NCBI GenBank assembly: GCA_965223265.1
Contig: OZ244999.1
Coordinates: forward strand, 6,560,001-6,624,000
DNA from: Planctomycetota bacterium
GTDB lineage: Bacteria; Planctomycetota; UBA8108; SXIK01
Reading direction: 5' to 3'
DNA length: 64,000 nucleotides
Positions 49,264 to 58,835 of the stretch are shown here, one piece after another (the stretch's first letter is position 1; each line of letters starts with the position of its first letter). A program made the translations under genes and the position numbers. The notes under the pieces are model-generated. The model worked only from the letters and a program-made list of their open reading frames with translations, was not told the DNA's origin and made no database searches.

Positions 49264-49890
49264 ATGATTCGAACCTTTTCAATTGTTGCCTGTGTTGCAC
49301 TGCTCTGCAGTTCGGTGCAGGCGGAAACCGTGACGTTCGACCTGAACTGCGTGCTCAACAACGACGCCGGGTTCGACCCGATCCCTGCGTCGTTCGGAAC
49401 CGTCACATTGACCGACAACGGTGACAGCGTCGACATCCTGGTGACCCTGTCGACCGGCACGAAGATTCAGTCGATCTACCTCAATGCGGATCAAAGTCTG
49501 CTCGACGCCGGCGCGGACTTCTCGACCGGCTCAAACGACATCACCGAGGACCCGGACTCCATTCCGAACGGGAACAGCCTCGGCGGACTGAAGTTTGACT
49601 TGGCAGACCCGGACAACGGCAACCTCGGGACCTCCCCGTACTCGGAGACGATCTCAGCGGTTGACTCGAATGGCGATGCCATCGACCTCGACGTCGAAGA
49701 TTTCCTCTTCACTTCGGGTGATGGAGTCTACATGGCGATCCATATCGGCGGGCTTCCCGGCGATGGTGAATCGATCTGGGTCGGCGCCAAGCTGCGCCCA
49801 CCGGTGCCTGAGCCAGCCTCCCTCATTCTCATGGGAACGGGCTTGCTCGGAATCGCTGGTCTGCGACGTCGGAAAACTCACTCTGCGTGA
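49264..49890 (+). CDS. PEP-CTERM sorting-signal protein
   Basis: AGGAGG then ATG, signal peptide ending VQA, acidic beta-rich body, VPEPASLILMGTGLLGIAGLRRRK. Confidence 0.93.
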   Translation: MIRTFSIVACVALLCSSVQAETVTFDLNCVLNNDAGFDPIPASFGTVTLTDNGDSVDILVTLSTGTKIQSIYLNADQSLLDAGADFSTGSNDITEDPDSIPNGNSLGGLKFDLADPDNGNLGTSPYSETISAVDSNGDAIDLDVEDFLFTSGDGVYMAIHIGGLPGDGESIWVGAKLRPPVPEPASLILMGTGLLGIAGLRRRKTHSA

Positions 49891-49908
49891 TTTTCCGCTC
49901 GACGAGCG

Positions 49909-49954
49909 AAAACGGGAGACGGATTTTAGATCTGTCTCCCGTTTTTTTTTTTTG
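49909..49954 (+). terminator. Rho-independent terminator (possibly bidirectional)
   Basis: AAAACGGGAGACGGAT-loop-ATCTGTCTCCCGTTTT followed by a long T run. Confidence 0.9.
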
Positions 49955-49976
49955 CGCTTGCTGGCTTTGAGCGCGC

Positions 49977-51041
49977 TCACGCGTGCGCCGGCGTCACGCG
50001 GAGGACCTGCGCGTCCACCGCCGTCCCGGATCGCTGGAGCTGGTAGTCGCCGAGAGCTGCTGGCAGCAACGCCACGTCGCCTTGCCGCAGTGACATCGCC
50101 CCGCTGCTCGGCGCCACAATCTCTGCGCCACCCCCGTAGCCGATGAGGATATGACAGGTCGATGTGGCATCCCGCGGCGTCGTCGTCAGCGGCACCTCTG
50201 CCGCGTCAGCGGCGAGATCGACAAGCTCGATCGAGAAGTACTGGCATTCCAGCAGCGGGCGGACAGCCCCGCCGGGCTCGCCGGCCGCAACGGCGGGGAT
50301 TCGGCTCCACGGGCATTCGACGACCTCGAAGCTCGACACCGACTCCGCCTGCTCGAGGTGCAGCGCACGCGGCGCCCCGTCGAGACCGACGCGGCCCCAA
50401 TCGTAGATGCGATAGGTCGTGTCACAGGTCTGCTGCACTTCTAGCAGAGTGATCCCGCGTCCCAAGGCGTGGATCGTCCCTGCGGGCACGAATACCACAT
50501 CGCCTCGAGCCACGTCGATCCAGCGAAAAAGCTGCTGCTCTTCCGCGCTTGTCAGTCGTTGGCCGCGCCGCTTGAGCGTCTCGAAGAGCTCGCCCTGGGC
50601 GGCGACTCCGTGAACGATCTGGCTGCCGGGCTCGGCGTCGAGAATGATCCAGGCCTCGGTCTTGCCCGCCGCGACGAGGCCTTGCCTGGCGAGATCGTCG
50701 TCGGAGGGGTGCACCTGCACCGAGAGGTTCTGACGAGCGTCGAGGAGCTTGACGAGGAGTGGAAAGGCACCATCCGGTGCCCGCGCCGCGGCGCCCAGGA
50801 GCTTTGTCGGAAAACGCTCGAGAAGATCCCTGAGCCTTGTGCCTTCGTAGGCACCGGACGCGACGCGGCTTAGTTGCTCGTCGACGTCTGAGAGTTCCCA
50901 CGACTCGCCGATCGGTGCGCCGGACTCGGCGACGTTGCGGCCGTAGCGCCGCAGCCCATCGCCGCCCCAGACGCGCTCCTGAAGCTGCGGGACGAAGGTG
51001 ATCGGGTACGGTGTGAAATCCGCTGTCACTCTACTTTGCAC
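49977..51041 (-). CDS. manA: class I mannose-6-phosphate isomerase
   Basis: RVWGG, IGESWE, FPLLVKLLDA..NLSVQVHP, GKTEAW, GTIHA, EVQQ..DTTYRIYDWGR. Confidence 0.93.
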   Translation of the reverse strand: MQSRVTADFTPYPITFVPQLQERVWGGDGLRRYGRNVAESGAPIGESWELSDVDEQLSRVASGAYEGTRLRDLLERFPTKLLGAAARAPDGAFPLLVKLLDARQNLSVQVHPSDDDLARQGLVAAGKTEAWIILDAEPGSQIVHGVAAQGELFETLKRRGQRLTSAEEQQLFRWIDVARGDVVFVPAGTIHALGRGITLLEVQQTCDTTYRIYDWGRVGLDGAPRALHLEQAESVSSFEVVECPWSRIPAVAAGEPGGAVRPLLECQYFSIELVDLAADAAEVPLTTTPRDATSTCHILIGYGGGAEIVAPSSGAMSLRQGDVALLPAALGDYQLQRSGTAVDAQVLRVTPAHA

Positions 51042-51090
51042 TCCTAGCTCCGGCCGGCGCTGGAGTGAGTGGCTCTACCGCGATCGGCTG

Positions 51091-51363
51091 CTACAGCTCT
51101 TCCATCAGGCGCTCAACCGCCTTCTCGATCTTCTCCAGGCTCTCGTAGCGTCCCGTCGAGATGATCTGACGCAGCTCCTCGACTTTTTCCATGCGGATGT
51201 CAGGAACCTCCGCGAGACGGCTCAAGAGCTGCGCGGTTTCGGAAATCTCGGCGCGGTCACCGACCGCCGCGCTCAGCTCCGTCTTCTCTGCTCGTGCGGC
51301 CGAAATCTTCTGCGGCTCGATCCGATTGGGACCCGAGATTCCGCTCGGTCCTTGAATCTCCAT
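51091..51363 (-). CDS. flgM: anti-sigma-28 factor FlgM
   Basis: GDRAEISETAQLL...PDIRMEKVEELRQIISTGRY; GGAG upstream of ATG 51363. Confidence 0.88.
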   Translation of the reverse strand: MEIQGPSGISGPNRIEPQKISAARAEKTELSAAVGDRAEISETAQLLSRLAEVPDIRMEKVEELRQIISTGRYESLEKIEKAVERLMEEL

Positions 51364-51520
51364 AGTTTTCCCCTCCCTGGTGCTCTCGGTCCCTGGACGA
51401 CGCGCCCAGCGCGTTCCGGTCAAGAGGCCGACCTGCCGTCGCTCCGGGGGCTCAGTGCCCCAATACGCCGGCACACGAGAGCTCGGGAGAACGACAGGCT
51501 ACGAGATCTGTACTCTTTTC

Positions 51521-51548
51521 TTATCGGCGCCGGTGACAAGAAAGTTTA
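51521..51548 (-). promoter_or_regulatory. sigma-28 promoter of flgM
   Basis: TAAA-N16-GCCGATAA on the minus strand. Confidence 0.8.
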
Positions 51549-52037
51549 GCGCTTCCTGAAAAAAAATCCTCTCCCGTTCACTTTTGTTACTCGGACCATG
51601 TTGTGCTCGCGCGGTCGACGCCCCGCAACAGGTAGAGCGCCCGTCGTAAGGGACCACAAGCTCACCGCTTAGTTAGCACCCCAGCGATTGGCGGGAACCG
51701 TCAACCAGACGCCCAGCCCGCCGACGTGGGAGGGAGGCAACTCCGCCCCAACCAGAAATGGAGGCGCTGGGAGCGTCAGGAGGCCAAGAAACGACTCAGG
51801 GCACGGTCTCGTCCCCATCGTCACGGCAACCGCTGGCAACGGCGCGTCCGGTGCTCCGCGGAAGGGCCGGAGAGAACTCCCACGTGCACCGAATCTCAGG
51901 GGTGCGGGAACGTCCAAGAACGCTCTGAAGTCCGGTGGGACTCGTCCAGACCGGCGCGGATTGGTCGAGCTTGAGGTTCAGCGGCAAGCAGCCAAGCCCT
52001 CTCCGCCCGGGCGACCGACGTGCGCGGCATCCGGGCG

Positions 52038-52077
52038 AAGAAAGCTCAGTTCAACGCCGACTGGCTGGGCTTTCTTA
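52038..52077. terminator. stem-loop after the carboxypeptidase-repeat gene
   Basis: AAGAAAGCTCAG...CTGGGCTTTCTT inverted repeat directly at the stop codon. Confidence 0.45.
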
Positions 52078-55000
52078 CTGAGCCTGCAGCTCCAGCACCA
52101 CGTCCCGGCCACCGCCGGACGTCACTGTCAGCGAAGCTTCTGCGACCCGCAGTTTTCGGTCCGCTCCGGAAGCGTAGACGTGGGCCTTCACCGAATAGTC
52201 ACCCGGAACCACGTTGTTGAACGAGAAGCGCCCTTGCTGGTCGGTCCGGAGACTCTGGTTCATGCTCGGATCGGAGCCAATCAAGAAGACCTGCACATTG
52301 GCCCTGCTGGTGCCATCAGGCTCCAGCACCGTGCCCGACACCTGACCGCCGCGCTCAAGGGAGATCTCGAGGTCCTGTGAATCACTCTCGAGGTCGGGGT
52401 TTGCCTTCACTTCAATGGTGACAAACTCGGGATGTCGAATCCGCAGCGTGAGTTCACCGCCCTTGAGGTCGGAGAACGAGAAACGACCGCGGCTGTCGGT
52501 CGTCTGCGTCGGTGTTTTCCGTCCGCCGCCGCCAGACGGGCTCGGGGACACATTGGCAAGGAAGCGGCCGACGCCTTCGACGATGCTGACCCGGGCATTG
52601 AAGACCGGCTCACCGCTTTCAGCGTCGATGATCACACCGTTCACCTGGCCGCCTGACTTGAGGACAATCTCGCCCAAATCAATGATGCCACCAGTCTCGA
52701 CGACGACGTCCGCAATCGTGGCGCCCGAGAAAGCGGGCGCCCGGACCTGCACGTCGTACGTGCCGGCCGGCACGCGCTCGTACGTGAAAATTCCGTCCTC
52801 GGTGTTGAACGTTTGGGCGCGCAGCTGGCTACGGGCACGCCGCGCCTTGCTCCGCGGTTGAGGATGCACCGAAAACGCCGGGACAATCTCGCCCATGGCG
52901 TCCTTGACGACGCCGCGGACCTTGCCGAGCGCCTGCAGCACGACGGATAGCGACTCCCCAACGTCGACCTGGTCGACGAGATAGGTCGCATACTCGTCGT
53001 GGCTCACCTCAAGCTCGACGGTGGAACTCGTCGCCAGTCGCTTGATCTCAAAATGACCGTCGCTCCCGGTTTTGCCACGACTCTCCGAAGCGCCCCGCGT
53101 GAAGTCCCGGGCGATGACAACCGCTCCGATCACTGCCGCGCCGTCCTCGTTCGTGACACGGCCGCTGAGAGTGGATCCGGCGGCGAGCTCGACGTCCACG
53201 TGGCTCTGAACTTCGCCCTCAAGCGCAGCGACACCAGACACAACGGCTTCCATGTAGTCGACGTGGGAGACGACAACGTCGACTGTGCCCGATTCCAAGC
53301 CTTGGAGACGGTACTCGCCGTCGGCGTTGGTCTGCGCGGTCGCGTTCATCGCTGTCGTGGCGGTCTCACCTGGACGTCGGAACGTCACCGAACACCCGGA
53401 GACGGGAATGCCATTGGCGGTAACGCGACCCGCGATCGTCGCGCCGAGTTGTAAGACAATCGGCGGCAGCTCAACCGCACCAGCGCTTTCGAGGAGAAAG
53501 AAATCCGAAATCCCTTCGAGGTATCCCGAGCGCTTGACCCGCACCCAAAGCTCGTCGTTGGCCTCGACGCTGTCGATGGTGTAGCGGCCGTCACGATCGG
53601 TGGATGCATTGGCAATGGTGTAGTCGACACTGCCATTCTGATGCGACTTTTTGACCATGACGCGCGCACCACCGACAGGGTCATTGTTACTGTTGACGAC
53701 CAACCCTGTGAGCACGCCCGTGGCTTCCATCTGGAAGTTGTGCTCGACCTGTTGATTGGCTGTGACGCGCACTTTGTCCTGCTGACGCGCAAATCCGTCG
53801 GCGGTAACCGTGACGTTAACGACGCGACGATCCACCTTGATACCCTGCAGAAGAAAGTTCCCCGCTTCGTCGCTGATCGCTTCCTTGCGTAGGTCCGCCA
53901 CGTCGTTGGCAACGATCCGCGCACCCGGAATCGCGTTGCCGCCGATATCGGTCACGATCCCGGCGATCCGACCGCCGATGCCCATCTTGAGCGTCACATC
54001 CTCGCTTCCAACCTGCAGGCCCTTGCGCCGAAGACTCTCGTAGTCCGGATGAAAGACCGTCAAGTTGTAGCTGCCGTCCTCGAGTGTATCGAGCAGGAAG
54101 CGGCCGTCTTGATCGGACTGCACGCTGTCGTCATTGAAGCGGATAGCGACGATGTCGGGACGCCCCCCGGCGCTACTCCCGATGCGTTGATAGCGGATCT
54201 TCGCGCCGGCGACCGGTTCACCCTCTGGCCCCTCCACGATGCCGCTGATGATGCCGCCAGGCCTGAGCTCAAAACGCAGATCCGCTGCCGACTCGATCTC
54301 TATCTTGGTCTGCGTCGAATTCTGAAAACCCGGTGCCGAGATCACGAAGTTGTAGACTCCACGCCCGAGTGTCTCGAACTGAAACGCTCCGCCGGCATCG
54401 CTGAACACCGTGTCCACTGGCGGGCGCGACTTTGCCAAAATGATTTCGAACATCGCACTGGTGCGCGGCTCTCTGAAGGCATCAACTCTTGCGCCTTCGA
54501 TCGGACCGCCACCGCTCTCAACGACGGTCCCAGCGACGAGATTGCCGGCCGCTAAAGCGACGTTGACCTGCTCACGCGGCGCCGGCACCTTCTGGACCTC
54601 GCCAGGAGAGTAACCAGGGGCGATCGCCCGGATGCTGAACCAGTGCGCTTCGAGACCGTCGAGCTGATAGCTGCCGTCGTCACGTGTCACGGTTTCGGAG
54701 AAGACGTAGTTCGTCATCTTGTCCAGCTCCGTCAGGGCGATCAGGCTTTCCTCCAGATCCGCGCCAGGCGCGGAGAGTTCCTTGAACGCGTAGACCCTGG
54801 CGCCACCGATTCCCGCGCCGGTCGCCTCGTCGATGACGCGACCCGCGATCGAGTTACCACGCTCGAGCTCGAAGACAAGTTCGACGGGAGTCCCCTTGAC
54901 GATGGTGACGCTACGGCGCTCCCCGGTGAAACCGGGACACTGGGCGTGGAACATGAACGCGCCGGGCGGCAACTGAAACTTGAAACTGCCGTCGCGTCCG

Positions 55001-55332
55001 CCGTCGCGCCCCGAATCCCACACGGCCGGACCGGACCGCTGGCCGTCGAACTCCTGGGTCACAACGAGCCGCGCCTGCGCCAAGGTCCGTCCGGTGCCCT
55101 TCTGAGCAACCTTCGCCGTCACATCGACGGCCTCTTGTGTGATCGGCTGCGTGAACGGTGTGCCGGCCACCGGCTCGGCGATATCGTCAACCGACTCAGG
55201 GCTCGTGTCCACGACGGCGGAATCCGGAGTCGCCTGCGGCGGCGGCGCATCGCGCAGGAAGATGAAGAAACCGCCAACGACGGCAAGAATGACGACGGCA
55301 CTGATCAGCGCCGCTTTGGTGACCAGGTTCAT
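52075..55332 (-). CDS. membrane-anchored protein with carboxypeptidase regulatory-like (Cna-B-like) repeats
   Basis: N-terminal TM; many repeats of I.GxV.D..G.P..GA.V and TD.DG.F...L..G.Y. Confidence 0.88.
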   Translation of the reverse strand: MNLVTKAALISAVVILAVVGGFFIFLRDAPPPQATPDSAVVDTSPESVDDIAEPVAGTPFTQPITQEAVDVTAKVAQKGTGRTLAQARLVVTQEFDGQRSGPAVWDSGRDGGRDGSFKFQLPPGAFMFHAQCPGFTGERRSVTIVKGTPVELVFELERGNSIAGRVIDEATGAGIGGARVYAFKELSAPGADLEESLIALTELDKMTNYVFSETVTRDDGSYQLDGLEAHWFSIRAIAPGYSPGEVQKVPAPREQVNVALAAGNLVAGTVVESGGGPIEGARVDAFREPRTSAMFEIILAKSRPPVDTVFSDAGGAFQFETLGRGVYNFVISAPGFQNSTQTKIEIESAADLRFELRPGGIISGIVEGPEGEPVAGAKIRYQRIGSSAGGRPDIVAIRFNDDSVQSDQDGRFLLDTLEDGSYNLTVFHPDYESLRRKGLQVGSEDVTLKMGIGGRIAGIVTDIGGNAIPGARIVANDVADLRKEAISDEAGNFLLQGIKVDRRVVNVTVTADGFARQQDKVRVTANQQVEHNFQMEATGVLTGLVVNSNNDPVGGARVMVKKSHQNGSVDYTIANASTDRDGRYTIDSVEANDELWVRVKRSGYLEGISDFFLLESAGAVELPPIVLQLGATIAGRVTANGIPVSGCSVTFRRPGETATTAMNATAQTNADGEYRLQGLESGTVDVVVSHVDYMEAVVSGVAALEGEVQSHVDVELAAGSTLSGRVTNEDGAAVIGAVVIARDFTRGASESRGKTGSDGHFEIKRLATSSTVELEVSHDEYATYLVDQVDVGESLSVVLQALGKVRGVVKDAMGEIVPAFSVHPQPRSKARRARSQLRAQTFNTEDGIFTYERVPAGTYDVQVRAPAFSGATIADVVVETGGIIDLGEIVLKSGGQVNGVIIDAESGEPVFNARVSIVEGVGRFLANVSPSPSGGGGRKTPTQTTDSRGRFSFSDLKGGELTLRIRHPEFVTIEVKANPDLESDSQDLEISLERGGQVSGTVLEPDGTSRANVQVFLIGSDPSMNQSLRTDQQGRFSFNNVVPGDYSVKAHVYASGADRKLRVAEASLTVTSGGGRDVVLELQAQ

Positions 55333-55435
55333 GGGGCCCTCCGCAACTGTTCAAGGTTTCTCTATTTGGGTGCTGTTCGCTCTCGAAGTGACATCAAAAG
55401 AGCAAGATAGACGCATCGCACCGGTCCAGCCAAAC

Positions 55436-55451
55436 AGCAAATGGCGTTCCG
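55436..55451 (-). promoter_or_regulatory. putative sigma-54 -24/-12 promoter
   Basis: CGGAACGCCATTTGCT, i.e. GG-N10-GC, about 100 bp upstream of the 55332 start. Confidence 0.45.
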
Positions 55452-55597
55452 TTAAAGAAAAAACCGTAAGGCGTCTGATCACGGCACCTTAGCAAGAACG
55501 GTGCGCCAGCGGCGGGTGTATCAAACCCACACACTGTGTGCGATTCGCTGGCGAACGAGCAACGGGTCCCCCCGGACGGTTCGCGTACTCGCCCAGC

Positions 55598-58500
55598 TCA
55601 CCTCGCCTTGTTCGGGCTCTCTTGCGCTTCGGACTCTGCCTGGCGCAGAATCTCAGCGGCGCGATCGTGGCCCTGGTCTAGCTCGAGCACCTTGCGCGCG
55701 AACCCCGCCGCACCTCGACGATCACCGCTCGCCAAATAGGCCTCAGCGAGTGCCTCGTAGGAAGCCTGGGGATCGGCGTCGGGATACTTGAGAATCAGGA
55801 GGTGTTCGCGAATGGCCACGTCGTACCTATTGAGCTCCGCCGCCGCCGCGGCAAGCCGCTGATGCAGCTTCAGATCGTACGGCATGACGTAAATCGCCTC
55901 GTTCAGAGCACGAAACACCTTCGAGGCTGCCGCCTTCGTCTCGCCCTCGGCGGACAGGTAGTGCTGGGCGATGAGGAAACGGCACTTACCGTCCTCCGGC
56001 GCATGGCGAGAGAGCTCCTCCAGGTGCACGACCGCCGCCGCAGCGTCATCGTCCTTGTCGAGCTCGAAGAGACGGTAGTAGACGTTCGTGCCGCCGAACG
56101 TTGCGGCCGCGCGCGGCGCCGTTCGTTTCGCTTTCTCATAGTGATCGCGCGCACGTTCGGTGTCCTTCTCAGCGGCGGCGATCTCACCGAGCGCCAGGTG
56201 AGTACGGAACACGAACCTCGTGCCGCCCTCCAGGGCGCGCTCCAACTCCTGACGTGCGGTCTTCGGCTCCTCTGCCTTCAGATGTGCGTGCATACCGAGA
56301 ATGAAGTGAGCGTCTGCGTTGTCGGGATCCTTCTCGAGCACCTTGGCGGCTGTGAACTTCGAGTCCTCTTCAATCGGGCCGTTATTCATCAGATAAGCCC
56401 ACGCCAAGTCGACGAGTTTCTTGGGGTCAGCCTCAATCTCGATGTCGAGCTCCAACGGTGCGATCACGTCGTTGGCAAGCGCTGGTTGATATCCCGTCTC
56501 ACGCGCCCAGGCTTCGATGTAAGCGAAAAAGCGCCGATCGAACTCATCTAGCGAAAGGCTCAGTGCGTCCCGAAAGTTCTCCTCCAACGACTTGTGCTTC
56601 TTGTAACCGTCAAGAATCGCCAAGACGCGATCGAACCCCCACTCCTTCTCGATGAAACGCACGACAAGACAACCCTGAAAGTAGGACATCAGGATCTGAT
56701 TCGGATACTTCGGCTTCGAAAAGCCAAAGTCAAGTTCGCGAATCGGAAGCAAGCGTCCAGACCCGTAGGCGTCAACGACCTCGCGGTCGAAGTTGCGTTC
56801 CCATTCGGGTCGGTCGTGACCCTCTTCGTAGACGCTAAGCCCTTCGGTGAGCCAACGCGGCACGCGATTGTCTGTCATGTTGAGCGTGATCACGTGGGCA
56901 AACTCGTGCCAGGCGACGGCGCCCCAGTTCTGCATCGGTAGGGCGCGCGGGGTCGCCAGCGTGACCAGGTTGCCGAAGCATGCCCCGGCGGCGGCGAGCC
57001 CTTCGAGGCCAATCGTGCGGGCCGAGAACCACTTGTGCGCCGAAAACGCCTCGATATAAACCGGCAGTTTGATCTTCGTCTTATACCGCACGGTCATGCT
57101 GTCGAGAGCCTCTTCCAGCAGCGGCTGTAGGTAGGTCTTGAGCACGTCGTGCTCGGTCTTGGGGACGCGAAACACGAACTGTTCGCTCTCCCAGCTGCTG
57201 TGGTTCTTGTCCATATGCTCGGTCAACAGCCGCGTGTTGAACACCCACGGGTTGAATTTGTCCTGCGCCCACGACTTCTCAAGAAAACTGCGGCCACGCT
57301 CTTCCTCTCCCGTGCGCATACAATTGACGCCGACTGTCGCGTACGCAGGCCAATAGTTTGGGTCCACCTCGAGAGCAAGATCGCAGAACTTCACGGTTTC
57401 GGCGTAGCGGAACTTCGTCTCAATGGCGACAGCGATGGTATGGAAAAACTCAGCGCCGCGCGGATTCAGCTCGAGAGCCTCACTCGCCGCCGCCTCAACG
57501 GCATCCGTTCGCCCCAGTAGGTGATCACACGTGGCCACGAGGCCGCGTGCCCGCAGCGAGCTAGGGTTCAGCTCGACACTACGAACGAAGTCTTTTCTCG
57601 CGGCGTCGAGGCGACCGTCACTCAGCGCGAGGAGTCCCTTTACGAGATGCGCGCGTGCGTGACGTGGGTTCACTTCCAGCGCTCGTTCGACGTATCTCTG
57701 TGCCAGATCGTAGCGCTTGGTTCCGACCTGAAAGTCGACGAGGTAATTGTCGGCCAAGAGGGCTAGAGCGTCCGCACTGTTAGGATTGAGATCGAGAAGA
57801 TCACGGACGCAGTCGCGAGAGTCCGGATAGTTGTACTTATCAAGGAACGCCTGTGCCTGTGCCAGGAGAAGCTCAGGGTTACTATCGTCCTTCTCCTGAG
57901 CTTGCTCGAACATCACTGAATTCGCTTCCTTGTAGCGATTCAACCCGATCAGTGCGCGCCCCATGTCGACCAGCACCTCGGGAGCCATCCGTTCGACATC
58001 TTCGTACGAGGCTTGCTCGTAGATCTCGATGATCTTGTTCCACTCGGTCTCCGCTGCTGCCACGAGGCCTTGGGACGCGAGCGTGCTGCCGAGCCACACG
58101 ATCGACTCGACGTGGCGTGGGTCGATCTCAAGGGCGCGGCGAAACAAAGGCTGCGCCGCCTTCAATTGGCCACGGCGGACGTGCAGCCGGCCGCGGGCTG
58201 CAAGCAGCGTCGGCGAAGAGTCGAACGCTGCGGCCGATTCGAGAACCTTCTCTGCCGACTCGAACTGACCCTGTTCGATCAGTGCCGAAGCCCAAGCTCG
58301 GCGTCCGCGTTCAAGCAAACTGGCCAACGCATCACCGCCAGGCTTCGCTTCCGCGGCGTCCTCGAGCGCGGCGAATCGTTCGACCGCCTCCTCGTAGTCG
58401 CCTTCGAGCAGTGCTGTCGCACCTTCGTCGAAGAGGGCCTTGGGGTCGACATCCGCGGCGACGTTTTCGCCCGCGGCGCACACTGCGTCGCGGATGGTGA

Positions 58501-58636
58501 ATCCAAACACGGGCATCATGACAAACGCCATGACGACGACCGACTTGCCGAGCCCCATCGCTTCTCGAAAGCTTCGTTCCTTCATCATTTCCTTTGATCG
58601 TCTCGCACGCCACGTTGTGTTCTTGTCTTCTTTCAA
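55598..58636 (-). CDS. TPR-rich exported protein with a gluzincin (peptidase MA-like) domain; start probably downstream of 58636
   Basis: WHEFAHV (HExxH), then VPRWLTEGLSVYEE, flanked by TPRs; signal-like segment. Confidence 0.88.
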   Translation of the reverse strand: MKEDKNTTWRARRSKEMMKERSFREAMGLGKSVVVMAFVMMPVFGFTIRDAVCAAGENVAADVDPKALFDEGATALLEGDYEEAVERFAALEDAAEAKPGGDALASLLERGRRAWASALIEQGQFESAEKVLESAAAFDSSPTLLAARGRLHVRRGQLKAAQPLFRRALEIDPRHVESIVWLGSTLASQGLVAAAETEWNKIIEIYEQASYEDVERMAPEVLVDMGRALIGLNRYKEANSVMFEQAQEKDDSNPELLLAQAQAFLDKYNYPDSRDCVRDLLDLNPNSADALALLADNYLVDFQVGTKRYDLAQRYVERALEVNPRHARAHLVKGLLALSDGRLDAARKDFVRSVELNPSSLRARGLVATCDHLLGRTDAVEAAASEALELNPRGAEFFHTIAVAIETKFRYAETVKFCDLALEVDPNYWPAYATVGVNCMRTGEEERGRSFLEKSWAQDKFNPWVFNTRLLTEHMDKNHSSWESEQFVFRVPKTEHDVLKTYLQPLLEEALDSMTVRYKTKIKLPVYIEAFSAHKWFSARTIGLEGLAAAGACFGNLVTLATPRALPMQNWGAVAWHEFAHVITLNMTDNRVPRWLTEGLSVYEEGHDRPEWERNFDREVVDAYGSGRLLPIRELDFGFSKPKYPNQILMSYFQGCLVVRFIEKEWGFDRVLAILDGYKKHKSLEENFRDALSLSLDEFDRRFFAYIEAWARETGYQPALANDVIAPLELDIEIEADPKKLVDLAWAYLMNNGPIEEDSKFTAAKVLEKDPDNADAHFILGMHAHLKAEEPKTARQELERALEGGTRFVFRTHLALGEIAAAEKDTERARDHYEKAKRTAPRAAATFGGTNVYYRLFELDKDDDAAAAVVHLEELSRHAPEDGKCRFLIAQHYLSAEGETKAAASKVFRALNEAIYVMPYDLKLHQRLAAAAAELNRYDVAIREHLLILKYPDADPQASYEALAEAYLASGDRRGAAGFARKVLELDQGHDRAAEILRQAESEAQESPNKAR

Positions 58637-58835
58637 TTTAACCCGAGGTTGGAGAAATGGCGGCGAAAATACGACGGTTCGGGTTCTGGATCACGAAATC
58701 TCTCGGCGACGTGCGAGACCCGTGGACTGCATCACGGGGAAGCCCCCACGGCGCACCAACCCGCCCGCGCTTCGAGTCTCTCACCGTCACTGTACACGGT
58801 CACAGAATTCATTGAGCCTAACGCTTGACAGCCGT

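Noticed and set aside
51560-52040. Long intergenic region as an ncRNA (rnpB, tmRNA, 6S, SRP)
   Set aside because: No diagnostic motifs recognised by eye; an Infernal/Rfam search would be needed.
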